Shown here: positions 8,047 to 17,697 of the stretch, piece after piece | How positions within the stretch are numbered: the stretch's first letter is position 1 | Layout: each line of letters begins with the position of its first letter | Assembly (NCBI GenBank): GCA_048938025.1 | Contig: JBHLMP010000057.1 | Span: 1 to 22,323 of the forward strand | Direction: 5' to 3' | Source of the DNA: Promethearchaeota archaeon | GTDB lineage: Archaea > Asgardarchaeota > Lokiarchaeia > Sigyniarchaeales > SOKP01 | Length of the DNA: 22,323 nt | Program-made: the position numbers and the translations under genes | Notes under the pieces: generated by a model | The model's input: the letters and a program-made list of their open reading frames with translations, nothing else | Database searches by the model: none | What the model was told of the DNA's origin: nothing

Positions 8047-8391
8047 ATGCCTTTTACTAAAGAAGAAGTAACAAGACTGGCTTTTAAAATTTATAAGGAG
8101 AATGAGAATATTGAAAAATCTATTTGGCGTTTGGCTCAACTTTGCGTTACAATCAATAAAAATATAAAGAACGGATATGATATTAAACCATTGGAGACTG
8201 ATAATTTGGTTTTACTAATTCGAGAGGATGTTGATGGTGCTTTAATTAAACCTACTGAAGATGAAATTCGGGAGGTTGCGGAAATTATTTATCATGAAAA
8301 TCCTTCAAAAAGTCAATTGGATTGGTATATCGCCGAAAAGTTTTTATTATTAGAAGAAATTAACAGAATAATTGCTCAAAATCAAAGATAG
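8047..8391 (+). CDS. Small hypothetical protein with two DUF2934-like helical repeats
   Basis: Internal repeat: TKEEVTRLAFKIYKENENIEKSIWRLAQ versus TEDEIREVAEIIYHENPSKSQLDWYIAE, fitting the pattern E.I...A..IY......W..AE. Confidence 0.7.
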   Translation: MPFTKEEVTRLAFKIYKENENIEKSIWRLAQLCVTINKNIKNGYDIKPLETDNLVLLIREDVDGALIKPTEDEIREVAEIIYHENPSKSQLDWYIAEKFLLLEEINRIIAQNQR

Positions 8392-8517
8392 TAAATATTT
8401 ATGTTTATTAAATAATTTCTAACCTTATAACGAGAAGTTTTGTTGACCTTAGGCTATTTTTTTAAAAATTAGAATATAATTTAATTAATATATAAGATTA
8501 AATTAATTTGAATTGAA

Positions 8518-9984
8518 ATGGAATTAGATAAAGAATTAGCAGAGTTTGCCTTAGATTATTCACAATCTTATGGAAAAATTTGCGATTATGCAGAAGTCCG
8601 ATTAGAATCCAATAATATTGATACAATAACGTTTATTAATGGAAAATTGCATCTTGGTAATTTACCTATAGAACTCACTGCAGATGCATTTGCTCGAAAA
8701 ACTGGAATAAATATCCGTTTGTTAGTGAATGGTGGAATGGGAATGGCTACTACAAATCAATTAACTAAACAATCAATAAAAGAAAGTGTAGAGCATGCTT
8801 ACCGAATTGCGAAAATAAGTAGCAAACAAAGAAAAACATCTATTAAAATGAGTAACGAAAAGGTCTATGAAACGAACTGGCAAAGTAAATACAAGGTTAA
8901 TCCAATGGATGTACCTCTAGAAGAAAAGATTAATTTTCTTCAAGATTTTGTAAACATCTTCAAGGAAAAATTTCCTATAGAATTTATTCACATTTTTAGC
9001 CTGATAACTGAGCAGAGAGATACATATTTTGTTAATAGTGAAGGTTCTAAAATATTAGGACATGTTCCTCGAGTAGCATTTAACCCCATAATTATAGGTG
9101 TTAAACCTGGTGATAAAAATGAGCAATCAATGTCCACATATGCAACAACTTCAGGATGGGACGAATTATTATCCTGGAATCTTAAAGAAAAGGTTTTACA
9201 GAAGATTAGAGTATTAGGAGATATTATATCAACAGCAAAAAAACCACCTAAAGAAGAAATTGATATCGTTTTAGGTCCTGATGTAGCAGGTATTATTGCA
9301 CATGAAAATTGTGGACATCCACATGAAGCTGATCGAATCTTAGGGCGAGAAGGTGCTCAAGCGGGAGAATCTTATTTAAGAGAACATGAGATTGGCTATA
9401 AAATCGGAAGTGATTGTGTAAATATATATGAAGATCCTACAATTGAAGGTTCTTATGGTTTTTATTTATACGATGATGAGGGTGTAAAAGCAAGGAGAAG
9501 AGAATTAATAAAGAATGGAATTTTTAATGAGATGCTCCAAAATCGAGAAACTGCAGCTATTTTTGGAATTCAGAGTAATGCAGCGGCAAGAGCGGTTTCT
9601 TATGACAGGGAGCCTATTATTCGTATGGCAAATACCTTTTTTGCTCCTGGAGATTATTCTTTTGACGAAATGGTGGAGGATATTAAATTAGGTATTTTTA
9701 TGAAATCTTTTACTGAATGGAATATTGATGATAAACGATTGCAATCAAAGTATGTTGGTCAAGAAGCTTATTTAATTGAGAATGGTGAACTCAGTGATAT
9801 TTTAGTATTGAAACCTGGACTTGAAATCTCTTCTCCTGGTTTATTTCATAGTATTGACGCACAAGGTAAAAAAGATACTATAGAATGGCAAGGAGCATTC
9901 TGTGGGAAATCAGAGCCTGGTCAAGGGTGTCCTGTATGGACTGGAGGTCCCTATGTTAGATTGAGAAAAATTAGATTAGCTTAA
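8518..9984 (+). CDS. tldD: TldD family metalloprotease (catalytic subunit)
   Basis: YAEVRLE, HENCGHPHEADR (HExxxH), GFYLYDDEG, PIIRMANT and C-terminal CGK...PVWTGGP. Confidence 0.93.
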   Translation: MELDKELAEFALDYSQSYGKICDYAEVRLESNNIDTITFINGKLHLGNLPIELTADAFARKTGINIRLLVNGGMGMATTNQLTKQSIKESVEHAYRIAKISSKQRKTSIKMSNEKVYETNWQSKYKVNPMDVPLEEKINFLQDFVNIFKEKFPIEFIHIFSLITEQRDTYFVNSEGSKILGHVPRVAFNPIIIGVKPGDKNEQSMSTYATTSGWDELLSWNLKEKVLQKIRVLGDIISTAKKPPKEEIDIVLGPDVAGIIAHENCGHPHEADRILGREGAQAGESYLREHEIGYKIGSDCVNIYEDPTIEGSYGFYLYDDEGVKARRRELIKNGIFNEMLQNRETAAIFGIQSNAAARAVSYDREPIIRMANTFFAPGDYSFDEMVEDIKLGIFMKSFTEWNIDDKRLQSKYVGQEAYLIENGELSDILVLKPGLEISSPGLFHSIDAQGKKDTIEWQGAFCGKSEPGQGCPVWTGGPYVRLRKIRLA

Positions 9985-9993
9985 GGTGATTTA

Positions 9994-11370
9994 ATGAGCG
10001 AAAAACATGAGATGTTGTATGATGCTATAGAGCTTGTTAAAAATCAAGTTACACATTTTTGCACAGATTGGGCTATTAAAGGGATTATAGAGTTAAAAAA
10101 TCAAATTAGGTTTTCTGAAAGTCAAATTGACATAAACAAAGTCTGGGATAATGTTAAATTAGAGTTGTTTCTTACTCAAAAAAGAAGGACAATTGACATC
10201 ACTATTGATGATTTAAATCCTAAGATAATTGAGAAGACTTTAAAAAACTGCGAAAAATTGTTAAATATTTTGAAAATTAATACGAATTATAAGAGATTAC
10301 CTGAAGGACCATTTACATACGATAGCGAGATTCAAAGTAAAATTTTTGATGAGAACGTGGTTAATATGAAAGAAAAAGCAGTTAATCTCGTCGGAGAAGC
10401 TTCAGATGCAGCAATAACAAATGGAGCAAAAAGGGTAGCAGGTTCGTTCTTTTATGGTAATGCTGAAGTGTTTCTAGAAAATAGTAAAGGACAAGAAAGG
10501 AAATATAAGAATACCTATCTTAATTTTAGAATTAGAGCATTCGCTGAAGATATGTATGCAACTGGTGAAGCTTTAACATGTTCAACCCACTTAAATCAAG
10601 GATTTAATCCAATTAGCGCTGGTGAGGAAGCAGGTCGGATATGTCGGCAGTCCATTGGTTGGAAAAAAGGAAAACCTGGGACTTATAATATTATAATATA
10701 TCCCAAAGTTACTACTGAATTACAAGCACCTACACCTGCAATTGCAATGAACTATTATGTACAAAAAATGGGACTTGCATGGTTAGTAGGAAAAAAAATA
10801 GGAGATAAAATTGCTAATGATATAATTTCTGTATGGGATGATGGAACTAAAGAATATGGATTATGTAGCTCGCCATTTGATGATGAATTGACTCCTAGAA
10901 AGAAAACATTATTAATTGATAAAGGGACTCTAAATCAATACTTCACGAATACTTCACTTTCTAAAAAAACTCAAGAATCAACAAGTAATGCGGGAATTAC
11001 TATGCCAAAACCAACGAATACAGTGTTTTCCACAGGAGATTATACATTGGAAGAATTGATGGAAATTTCAGAAAAACCAACATTATTAATTACATCAACC
11101 TGGTATACTCGTTATCAATCTTATGCACCACCAGGAGTATTTTCATCACTTCCTAAAGATGGTATGTTTTTAGTGAAAAACAGTGGAAAAACTCTTGAGC
11201 CTGTAAGAGAATTACGTATTAATTCGAATCATCTTCATATGCTTGAACATACAATAGCTTTAGGAAAAACTTTAAAACAAGTATCTACATGGTTAAGTCC
11301 TGCTAATAACGTTGTTTTTGCTCCTTTTATGCTTATTGAAGATATTAAAATGACAACAGGCACTAAATAA
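9994..11370 (+). CDS. pmbA: TldE/PmbA family protein (non-catalytic partner)
   Basis: IRFSESQI, KPGTYNIII, PFDDE...LIDKG, TSNAG and WYTRYQ; no HExxxH. Starts 9 nt after tldD with an AGGTGA SD-like motif. Confidence 0.88.
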   Translation: MSEKHEMLYDAIELVKNQVTHFCTDWAIKGIIELKNQIRFSESQIDINKVWDNVKLELFLTQKRRTIDITIDDLNPKIIEKTLKNCEKLLNILKINTNYKRLPEGPFTYDSEIQSKIFDENVVNMKEKAVNLVGEASDAAITNGAKRVAGSFFYGNAEVFLENSKGQERKYKNTYLNFRIRAFAEDMYATGEALTCSTHLNQGFNPISAGEEAGRICRQSIGWKKGKPGTYNIIIYPKVTTELQAPTPAIAMNYYVQKMGLAWLVGKKIGDKIANDIISVWDDGTKEYGLCSSPFDDELTPRKKTLLIDKGTLNQYFTNTSLSKKTQESTSNAGITMPKPTNTVFSTGDYTLEELMEISEKPTLLITSTWYTRYQSYAPPGVFSSLPKDGMFLVKNSGKTLEPVRELRINSNHLHMLEHTIALGKTLKQVSTWLSPANNVVFAPFMLIEDIKMTTGTK

Positions 11371-11488
11371 ATTAGGAAAAAAAAGTAGTTTTATCAGTTC
11401 TATTTTTTATTTAATAAGATAAATATTAAACTCAAAATAGGTGAGATTAAAATAAATATTATCATATTAATTAATAGATCACACAAAT

Positions 11489-14434
11489 TTGAAATTTCTA
11501 GTGGTTATAAAATTGCCAGCTCCAAAAAAATCTAAAAAGAAATCAGATGTGGATAAAGAACAGACCTCACTTTTTAGTTTTGTAGAAGAAGAAGCTCCAA
11601 AAAAGAAGATAAGAGAAAAAGTACCCAAGAAGGAGGAAATTAAGGATTTATTTGAAGATGAACCGAAAAAGGAAATTACCGCCAAAAAAACAGAGAAAAT
11701 AGAAGAGATAAAATTAAAACAAAAAGTTGAGACAAAAGAAATTCCTCAAGATTTATTTTTTAGAGGAAATGATGCACCTTTTGGGTTAAAGGAAGGTAAA
11801 GTTGAATTAGAGAAAGTGACACGAGAAACAGTTACTTCTAAATATATTCGATATTTAATCAAAAAAAGGGAGATTGTAGAAAATCTGAAAAAAGGGTTAT
11901 TACTTGACGTTGATTATGATGGTGGACAAAATAAAGCGATTTGTAAATTCTATGATTTAGACACGGATGAAATTAAATTGTGGATTGATACAACTGATCA
12001 TAAACCTTATTGTTTAAGTAAAGAATCAAAATCAGATTTGGAAAATAATAGAGATTTAACAAGTTATGATGGATTCACCAGATTTGAAGAAATAAAGAAA
12101 GTAGACCTTTTAGAAGATAAAGAACTTACAATAACAAAAATTTATGGTAAGACGCCGTCTGATATTGGAGGATCTGGAAAAAATATTCGGAATATTTTAG
12201 GGGAACATGATATAAAAGCTTGGGAGGCAGATATTAGATATCACTTAAATTATATTTATGATCGGCAATTAATTCCTGGGTTAATTTATAGTATTAAGAA
12301 CGGGCAGATTCAAAAATTAAGTTTTGAAGAGGACTTAGAAGAAACAAAAAAAATGGTACACGAATTACGTAATTTGTTTAAAGATGAAACTTCAGAAATC
12401 CAAGAATTTTCAGAAAAATTTTTAGATATTTTCCTAACACCAATTCCAGATGTAAAAAGATTGGCAATGGACATTGAAGTGAATTTAGGTTCAGAAGATT
12501 TTGTTATTCCAGATCCTATGGAAGCGAAACAAGAAATTATTAGTGTATCATTTGTTTCCACAGATGGTTTAAAATTAGTGTATGGATTAGAAAGAGAAGG
12601 CTTCTCTTATCGTGGGCTTCATCAAAAATTTCCTTCTAAAGCACAATTAATATTTTTTAAGAGTGAGAAGAACTTATTAACTGAAACCTTTCGTCTTTTA
12701 TGGGAGTACCCTGTAATTATTACATTTAACGGAGATAATTTTGATTTAAATTATATGTTTCATAGAGCAAATAAATTAAAAATTGATAAAGATTTAAATC
12801 CTATTCATATTAAGAGGGGTTTTGGTTTTTTATCGAGGTCAGATTGCGATCTTAGGAAAGGAATTCATATCGACTTATTTAATCTTTTCTTTAATAGAAG
12901 TATTTCTGGATATGCTTTTGGTGGTGCTTATGAAAGCAGTTCTTTAAATGCTATTAGCGGAGCATTATTGGGTGAAAAAAAATATGAGCATGAAGAAGAG
13001 ATACATGAAATGGAATATGATATTCTTACTTGGTATAATTTAAAGGATTCCATATTGACTTTGGAATTAACCAAATTTAACAATTCCTTAGTATGGAACT
13101 TAATTATTTTATTATGCCGGATTACTAAAATGCCAGTCCATGAAACTGTAAGACGCCAAATATCAACTTGGATACAAAGTATTTTTTATTTTGAACACCG
13201 TCGAAAAAATTATCTAATACCGCGGCGATCTGAAATAGCAGAATTAAAAATAGGGGGTTATTCAAAAGCAGTAATAGAAGGAAAAGCATTTGCAGGTGCT
13301 TATGTAGTTCCACCTGTACCTGGTATTCATTTTGATGTTGTTGTTATGGATTTCGCCTCACTTTATCCTTCTATAATCAAAGAGTATAACCTTTCATATG
13401 AGACTGTACTCTGTCCTCATAAGGATTGCAAAGATAATCTATTAAAAGGAAGTCCTTATCATACATGTACTCATAAAATGGGTATATTTGCTTATGTAGT
13501 TGGTTTCTTCCGAGATATTAGAGTAAAGTACTTCAAGCCAAAATCAATTGATAAAAGTTTATCTGAAAAACAGCGAAATTATTATAATACAATTCAACAA
13601 GCACTTAAGGTATTTATAAATGGGTCCTATGGGGTATTTGGAAGTCAGAACTTTCCATTATTTTGCTTACCTGTTGCTGAAAGTACTACTGCCATTGGAC
13701 AATACTCCATAAAGCAAACAATTAAAAAATCTGAAGAAATAGGTGTAAAAGTGCTCTATGGGGATACAGATTCTGTATTTCTTCAAAATCCATCTAAGGG
13801 GCAAATGAATGAAATTGCTAAATGGAGTAAAGAAGAATTAGATCTCGATTTAGAAGAAGAGAAGACTTATCAATTCTTAGCATTATCAGAAAGGAAGAAA
13901 AATTATGTTGGGATTTACAAAGATACTAAATATGTAGATATCAAAGGATTGGTCGCTAAAAAGAAAAACACTCCTGAATTTATAAAAAAAGTTTTTAATG
14001 AACTTTTAGAAATATTAAAAATGATTAAAGACAATGATGAGTTCTTACAAGCAAAGAAAGAGATTATAGAAATAGTACAAAGTAATATGAAAAAAATTGG
14101 TAGCCCTGATACTTTTAGCCTAGAAGATTATGCCATTAATATTAGTATGCAAAAAGAATTAAATAAATATTCTAAAGTAATACCTCAGCATGTTAGAGCA
14201 GCTTTAGAGTTAAGAGATATAACTGGAAAAGAATACCATAAAGGTGAAACGATTCGCATTATTAAAAGTAAAGGTGCATCAGGAGTAAAAGCTTTAGAAT
14301 TAGCAAAACTTCAAGATATTGATCCTAAGAAATATAGGGAGTTAATGAAATCTGCCTTAGAACAAGTATTAGATGCTCTTGGAATATCATTCGAAGAAAT
14401 TCGCGGTATTAAAAAAATGGATGCCTTTTTCTGA
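11489..14434 (+). CDS. polB1: Family B DNA polymerase, archaeal PolB1-type, with a K/E-rich N-terminal extension (true start possibly TTG 11513)
   Basis: Exonuclease motifs MDIEV, TFNGDNFD and YNLKD; polymerase motifs DFASLYPS, KVFINGSYG and YGDTDS. PolB1-like N-terminal LLDVDYDG and WEADIRYHLNYIYD..LIPG. No intein seen. Confidence 0.95.
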   Translation: MKFLVVIKLPAPKKSKKKSDVDKEQTSLFSFVEEEAPKKKIREKVPKKEEIKDLFEDEPKKEITAKKTEKIEEIKLKQKVETKEIPQDLFFRGNDAPFGLKEGKVELEKVTRETVTSKYIRYLIKKREIVENLKKGLLLDVDYDGGQNKAICKFYDLDTDEIKLWIDTTDHKPYCLSKESKSDLENNRDLTSYDGFTRFEEIKKVDLLEDKELTITKIYGKTPSDIGGSGKNIRNILGEHDIKAWEADIRYHLNYIYDRQLIPGLIYSIKNGQIQKLSFEEDLEETKKMVHELRNLFKDETSEIQEFSEKFLDIFLTPIPDVKRLAMDIEVNLGSEDFVIPDPMEAKQEIISVSFVSTDGLKLVYGLEREGFSYRGLHQKFPSKAQLIFFKSEKNLLTETFRLLWEYPVIITFNGDNFDLNYMFHRANKLKIDKDLNPIHIKRGFGFLSRSDCDLRKGIHIDLFNLFFNRSISGYAFGGAYESSSLNAISGALLGEKKYEHEEEIHEMEYDILTWYNLKDSILTLELTKFNNSLVWNLIILLCRITKMPVHETVRRQISTWIQSIFYFEHRRKNYLIPRRSEIAELKIGGYSKAVIEGKAFAGAYVVPPVPGIHFDVVVMDFASLYPSIIKEYNLSYETVLCPHKDCKDNLLKGSPYHTCTHKMGIFAYVVGFFRDIRVKYFKPKSIDKSLSEKQRNYYNTIQQALKVFINGSYGVFGSQNFPLFCLPVAESTTAIGQYSIKQTIKKSEEIGVKVLYGDTDSVFLQNPSKGQMNEIAKWSKEELDLDLEEEKTYQFLALSERKKNYVGIYKDTKYVDIKGLVAKKKNTPEFIKKVFNELLEILKMIKDNDEFLQAKKEIIEIVQSNMKKIGSPDTFSLEDYAINISMQKELNKYSKVIPQHVRAALELRDITGKEYHKGETIRIIKSKGASGVKALELAKLQDIDPKKYRELMKSALEQVLDALGISFEEIRGIKKMDAFF

Positions 14435-14493
14435 ATTTCATTTCTAAAATAAAAGCAATTTGAAATTAACAAGAAGAAGATTTAGAAAAAAAA

Positions 14494-15570
14494 TTAGATA
14501 ATGTATACTATCCACATTAACAACCCGCAAAATATTGGATTTAATATATTATCATCAATTTTCAGGTCAATTATATCTATTAAAAAAAAAATTAACGCTC
14601 CACTAATCGAAATAACTATTATCTTTAGCAATAGTAATTTAGGCTCAAATAACCATAAAGCAAAGATACTTACTCCAAAAGAGGCTATAAAACCAGCAAT
14701 GTAGCCGATAATAGTTTTTTTCGATGATTTTGGAAAATTTTTCTTTCCAAATTTAAGCCCAAAAATAGATGCTGCCCCATCTCCAATGGTAGCTATTAAT
14801 GTTGCGGCACAAAATACTCCAAAAGGAAGAAAAAATATAGGTATAAAAGATAATGCAATGACAGCGGGTCGGGTATATTCATAAATTTCATTACGCTTTA
14901 TTGTCTTTCCTAATATGTTTAACACATTATCAGGGAGAAGATGATATAGATTTCGATTTTCAAAGATAAATGATAATCTTACATAATCTAATCCAGCAAA
15001 AACTAAGATTCCTGAGTACCCAGCAGTTAAAATTAAAAATCTCCCAAATTCCTCTCCTGATATACCCCATAGATCATCTGCATTCCAGAAACCATCCCAA
15101 ATATAATTAGCAAAAATCCAGAGTAAAATTATTATTCCTGCTGGAAATAAATGTAAAGCTTTCCGATGTAGATCTGTTTTAATATCTGATGTTTTTTGAT
15201 CAGTAAGTTCACTTCTATTATTATAATTTTTAAGAAATGTTTCCAAATTTCTCCTGGATTTAATATTAGGGTTAACTTTCACTACATATTGATACTGATA
15301 ATATAATATAAGAAAAATAATTCCGGGTGTAAAAATACAAATAAATAAGGTAGATAAAGTCTGAAAAAATCTTATATTTGAATTATTTGTCGAAAAGAAA
15401 AATGGATACACCAAACCGGCAATAATCCATAATAGAAATGTAAGAATGCTGTTCATAAAATTATGTTCTTCTGAGAATTTCTTCTTCAATCTAATAGCAT
15501 AACATAATAAACCACACCCTACTATGATAAAGAATATTGTTACAGGTATAGATATTATATTAAAAAACAT
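14494..15570 (-). CDS. CTP-dependent polyprenol/diacylglycerol kinase-like membrane protein (dolichol/phytol kinase, Dgk1 family)
   Basis: RKALHL, GDGAASIFGLKFGK...SKKTIIG and DDNILNP motifs of the cytidylyltransferase/kinase family, plus three extra N-terminal TM helices. Confidence 0.8.
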   Translation of the reverse strand: MFFNIISIPVTIFFIIVGCGLLCYAIRLKKKFSEEHNFMNSILTFLLWIIAGLVYPFFFSTNNSNIRFFQTLSTLFICIFTPGIIFLILYYQYQYVVKVNPNIKSRRNLETFLKNYNNRSELTDQKTSDIKTDLHRKALHLFPAGIIILLWIFANYIWDGFWNADDLWGISGEEFGRFLILTAGYSGILVFAGLDYVRLSFIFENRNLYHLLPDNVLNILGKTIKRNEIYEYTRPAVIALSFIPIFFLPFGVFCAATLIATIGDGAASIFGLKFGKKNFPKSSKKTIIGYIAGFIASFGVSIFALWLFEPKLLLLKIIVISISGALIFFLIDIIDLKIDDNILNPIFCGLLMWIVYII

Positions 15571-15669
15571 CGTAATCTAAATTAAAATACTATATCAAAA
15601 ATATCTTTTGAAAAAAAGTAACAATTGATAAAAAAAAATTAAAAATAGTGAAATAAGAATAAAATTAGT

Positions 15670-15957
15670 TTATAATCCAAACAAAATGATATTATCTATA
15701 ATTTCATGAACTTTTTTCAGGTTTTCTTCTCCAATTGCTTTATCAATATTCTGTTTCAAGCCTAAAATGGCACTTAATGAATTTATTATTGTATTTTGAA
15801 TAACACTGTTAAATTGACTCTTTTCTTGATTTTTTTTCTTGAAATATTCAACACGACTAAGCATTGCATCTTGATACTCTGCGGCTGTGTCAGTTTTTAA
15901 TTCCACTAATTTACGGATTTTCATCCCGTTTTTATCTTCAACAAACTCAGAAGCCAT
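15670..15957 (-). CDS. Hypothetical protein, 95 aa, abutting tes
   Basis: Its ATG directly follows the tes stop (TAG-ATG) and is preceded by GGGAGAGTGA. Plausible helical soluble protein; no recognised motif. Confidence 0.7.
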   Translation of the reverse strand: MASEFVEDKNGMKIRKLVELKTDTAAEYQDAMLSRVEYFKKKNQEKSQFNSVIQNTIINSLSAILGLKQNIDKAIGEENLKKVHEIIDNIILFGL

Positions 15958-17697
15958 CTACTTATCACTCTCCCTTTTAATTCCGCCATTACGAGCTATC
16001 TCTTGCTTAATTTCCGCTATTTCTTGCCCCGTAGATGTATCAAATTCATCTCTAACTTTTTGCGTAATTTGTTTAGCAATCTGTTTTTCTATATGAGGTC
16101 TGTGAAGAGTATTCATCGTACAGAAACTTATTTCTTTCACAGAGCCATCGGGCATTGCTACGCCGAAATGTACAATACATCTTCTAGTTCTTTCAACATC
16201 CATATTATAAGCATCTTGGAAATGCATACTCGATAATAAAAGTGTGCCATGTGTAAATGAGCTTATACTCTCCCAATCTCCATTCAATAGCAGTCGAGAA
16301 AACATTTCCATCATCTTACCAGGCTTTCTTACGTATTGTAATACTCCCAACAAGAACCTTGCACGGAGTTGTGTCTTATCAAGGAAATTGAGACCTTTAT
16401 CCAATGTTTTACCGAAATCACCTAATAAATTCTCAAAAACTTTAATGGGTTGTTTCTCCTTATGTTTAATCTTTTCCCAAAATCGATTGGCAAAATCGAT
16501 AACCTTCAATGGGTCAAAATATTCCATTAATGGAGTCATTTCATTGGTGTCTGGGTCGATAAATAAGTAGGTAGCAAAACCACAATCCGGATGACATGTG
16601 AACTCAATGGGTTCCACATCTGCCAAATAGGCAATTACTCTTCCCAACTCCACGATAGTCGAGAGAGGGTACCAGGCATTTTCCATACTTATTTTATTCC
16701 CTGTTTGATTCTCGATTTCTTTAAGAATATCGGCATTAGTAATTCTTAATTCTGTTCTCTCTTCATGAGCAATTCTGCCACATAAAGAAACGGGCTGAAA
16801 GGTGATACCACGTACTACATCAATATTATCAATTGCAAATTGAATAATGTTGCCAACTTCGATGTCTGTAATTCCGCGTGCAATTGTAGCTACCAAATTA
16901 ATTGATGATAATCCTACTTTTCTACAATTTTCAACGACTCGCATTTTATAATCCATTAAATTTTTTATACCACGGGTTTTTTCATAAGTAACATTATTAA
17001 TTCCATCGAATTGAAAATAAAGTGTATCCAATCCCATTTCATAGACTTTTTTAGTCCATTCAAGGCCTCCTTTTTTTTTCTGAAATCCATATCCATTTGT
17101 AGCGACGATAACTTCTTGAAAACCGTGATCTTTCGCCATTTTACAAATTTCGGGGAAATCTTTTCTTACTGTAGGTTCTCCACCTGTAAACATTATGGCT
17201 ACTGCAGGCATTGGTTTTTCTCTGAAATGACGCATAATTCTATCAATTTCTTCTAATGATGGCTCTACAAGATAACCAGCTTTTTGTACATTAGCATAAC
17301 AAAAGTTACAATTAAAATTACAACGATTTGTTAGATCAATAAGCGCTAATGAACATGCAGAAAGATGTTCAGGGCACAATCCGCAATTATATGGACATCC
17401 CCTTGGATCTTCTGCACTACAATCAGGAGGATTTGCTTCACCATTCTTTTCAAATTGCCAAACTATATTTCCATTTTCATCTTTTACCGCATAATGAGTC
17501 CACTTATAATATTTAGCGCTAGAACTGATTAAATCCTTAAAATCGCCATGTTCCGGACACGTTTTATACATGTAGACTTTTTCATCATCATCTTCTTTAA
17601 CAACAGCAGGAATACGTTCCATGCATTCTGGGCAAATTGAAAAGGTCTTGCGATAATACTTCTCATTCAAATAATCTGAACCGTCTAAATGATACAT
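15958..17697 (-). CDS. tes: Radical SAM tetraether lipid synthase (Tes / GDGT-macrocyclic archaeol synthase, MJ0619-like)
   Basis: Start moved to ATG 17697 (MYHLDGSD). N-terminal rubredoxin-like SICPEC...KTCPEHG, GCPYNCGLCPEH, radical SAM TNRCNFNCNFC, GGEPTVR, FTCHPDCG and C-terminal MHFQDAYNMDVERTRRCIVH...SFC match the Tes signature set. Confidence 0.88.
   Translation of the reverse strand: MYHLDGSDYLNEKYYRKTFSICPECMERIPAVVKEDDDEKVYMYKTCPEHGDFKDLISSSAKYYKWTHYAVKDENGNIVWQFEKNGEANPPDCSAEDPRGCPYNCGLCPEHLSACSLALIDLTNRCNFNCNFCYANVQKAGYLVEPSLEEIDRIMRHFREKPMPAVAIMFTGGEPTVRKDFPEICKMAKDHGFQEVIVATNGYGFQKKKGGLEWTKKVYEMGLDTLYFQFDGINNVTYEKTRGIKNLMDYKMRVVENCRKVGLSSINLVATIARGITDIEVGNIIQFAIDNIDVVRGITFQPVSLCGRIAHEERTELRITNADILKEIENQTGNKISMENAWYPLSTIVELGRVIAYLADVEPIEFTCHPDCGFATYLFIDPDTNEMTPLMEYFDPLKVIDFANRFWEKIKHKEKQPIKVFENLLGDFGKTLDKGLNFLDKTQLRARFLLGVLQYVRKPGKMMEMFSRLLLNGDWESISSFTHGTLLLSSMHFQDAYNMDVERTRRCIVHFGVAMPDGSVKEISFCTMNTLHRPHIEKQIAKQITQKVRDEFDTSTGQEIAEIKQEIARNGGIKRESDK

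Noticed and set aside
7727-8391. tRNA as the attachment site of an integrated element
   Set aside because: I saw no duplicated tRNA end and no integrase, and the flanking genes look chromosomal.
3609-14434. Selenocysteine or stop read-through at TGA-ending genes (3609-3611, 14432-14434)
   Set aside because: Both TGAs fall at the expected family C-termini, and I recognised no SECIS-like hairpin nearby.
11489-14434. Intein or inactivated polymerase
   Set aside because: All exonuclease and polymerase motifs are intact and normally spaced. The extra length comes from the N-terminal tail.
8047-17697. RiPP cluster made of a small protein, TldD/E and a radical SAM enzyme
   Set aside because: The radical SAM protein has Tes signatures rather than SPASM/RRE features, it is separated from tldDE by polB on the opposite strand, and no precursor-like peptide or YcaO is present.
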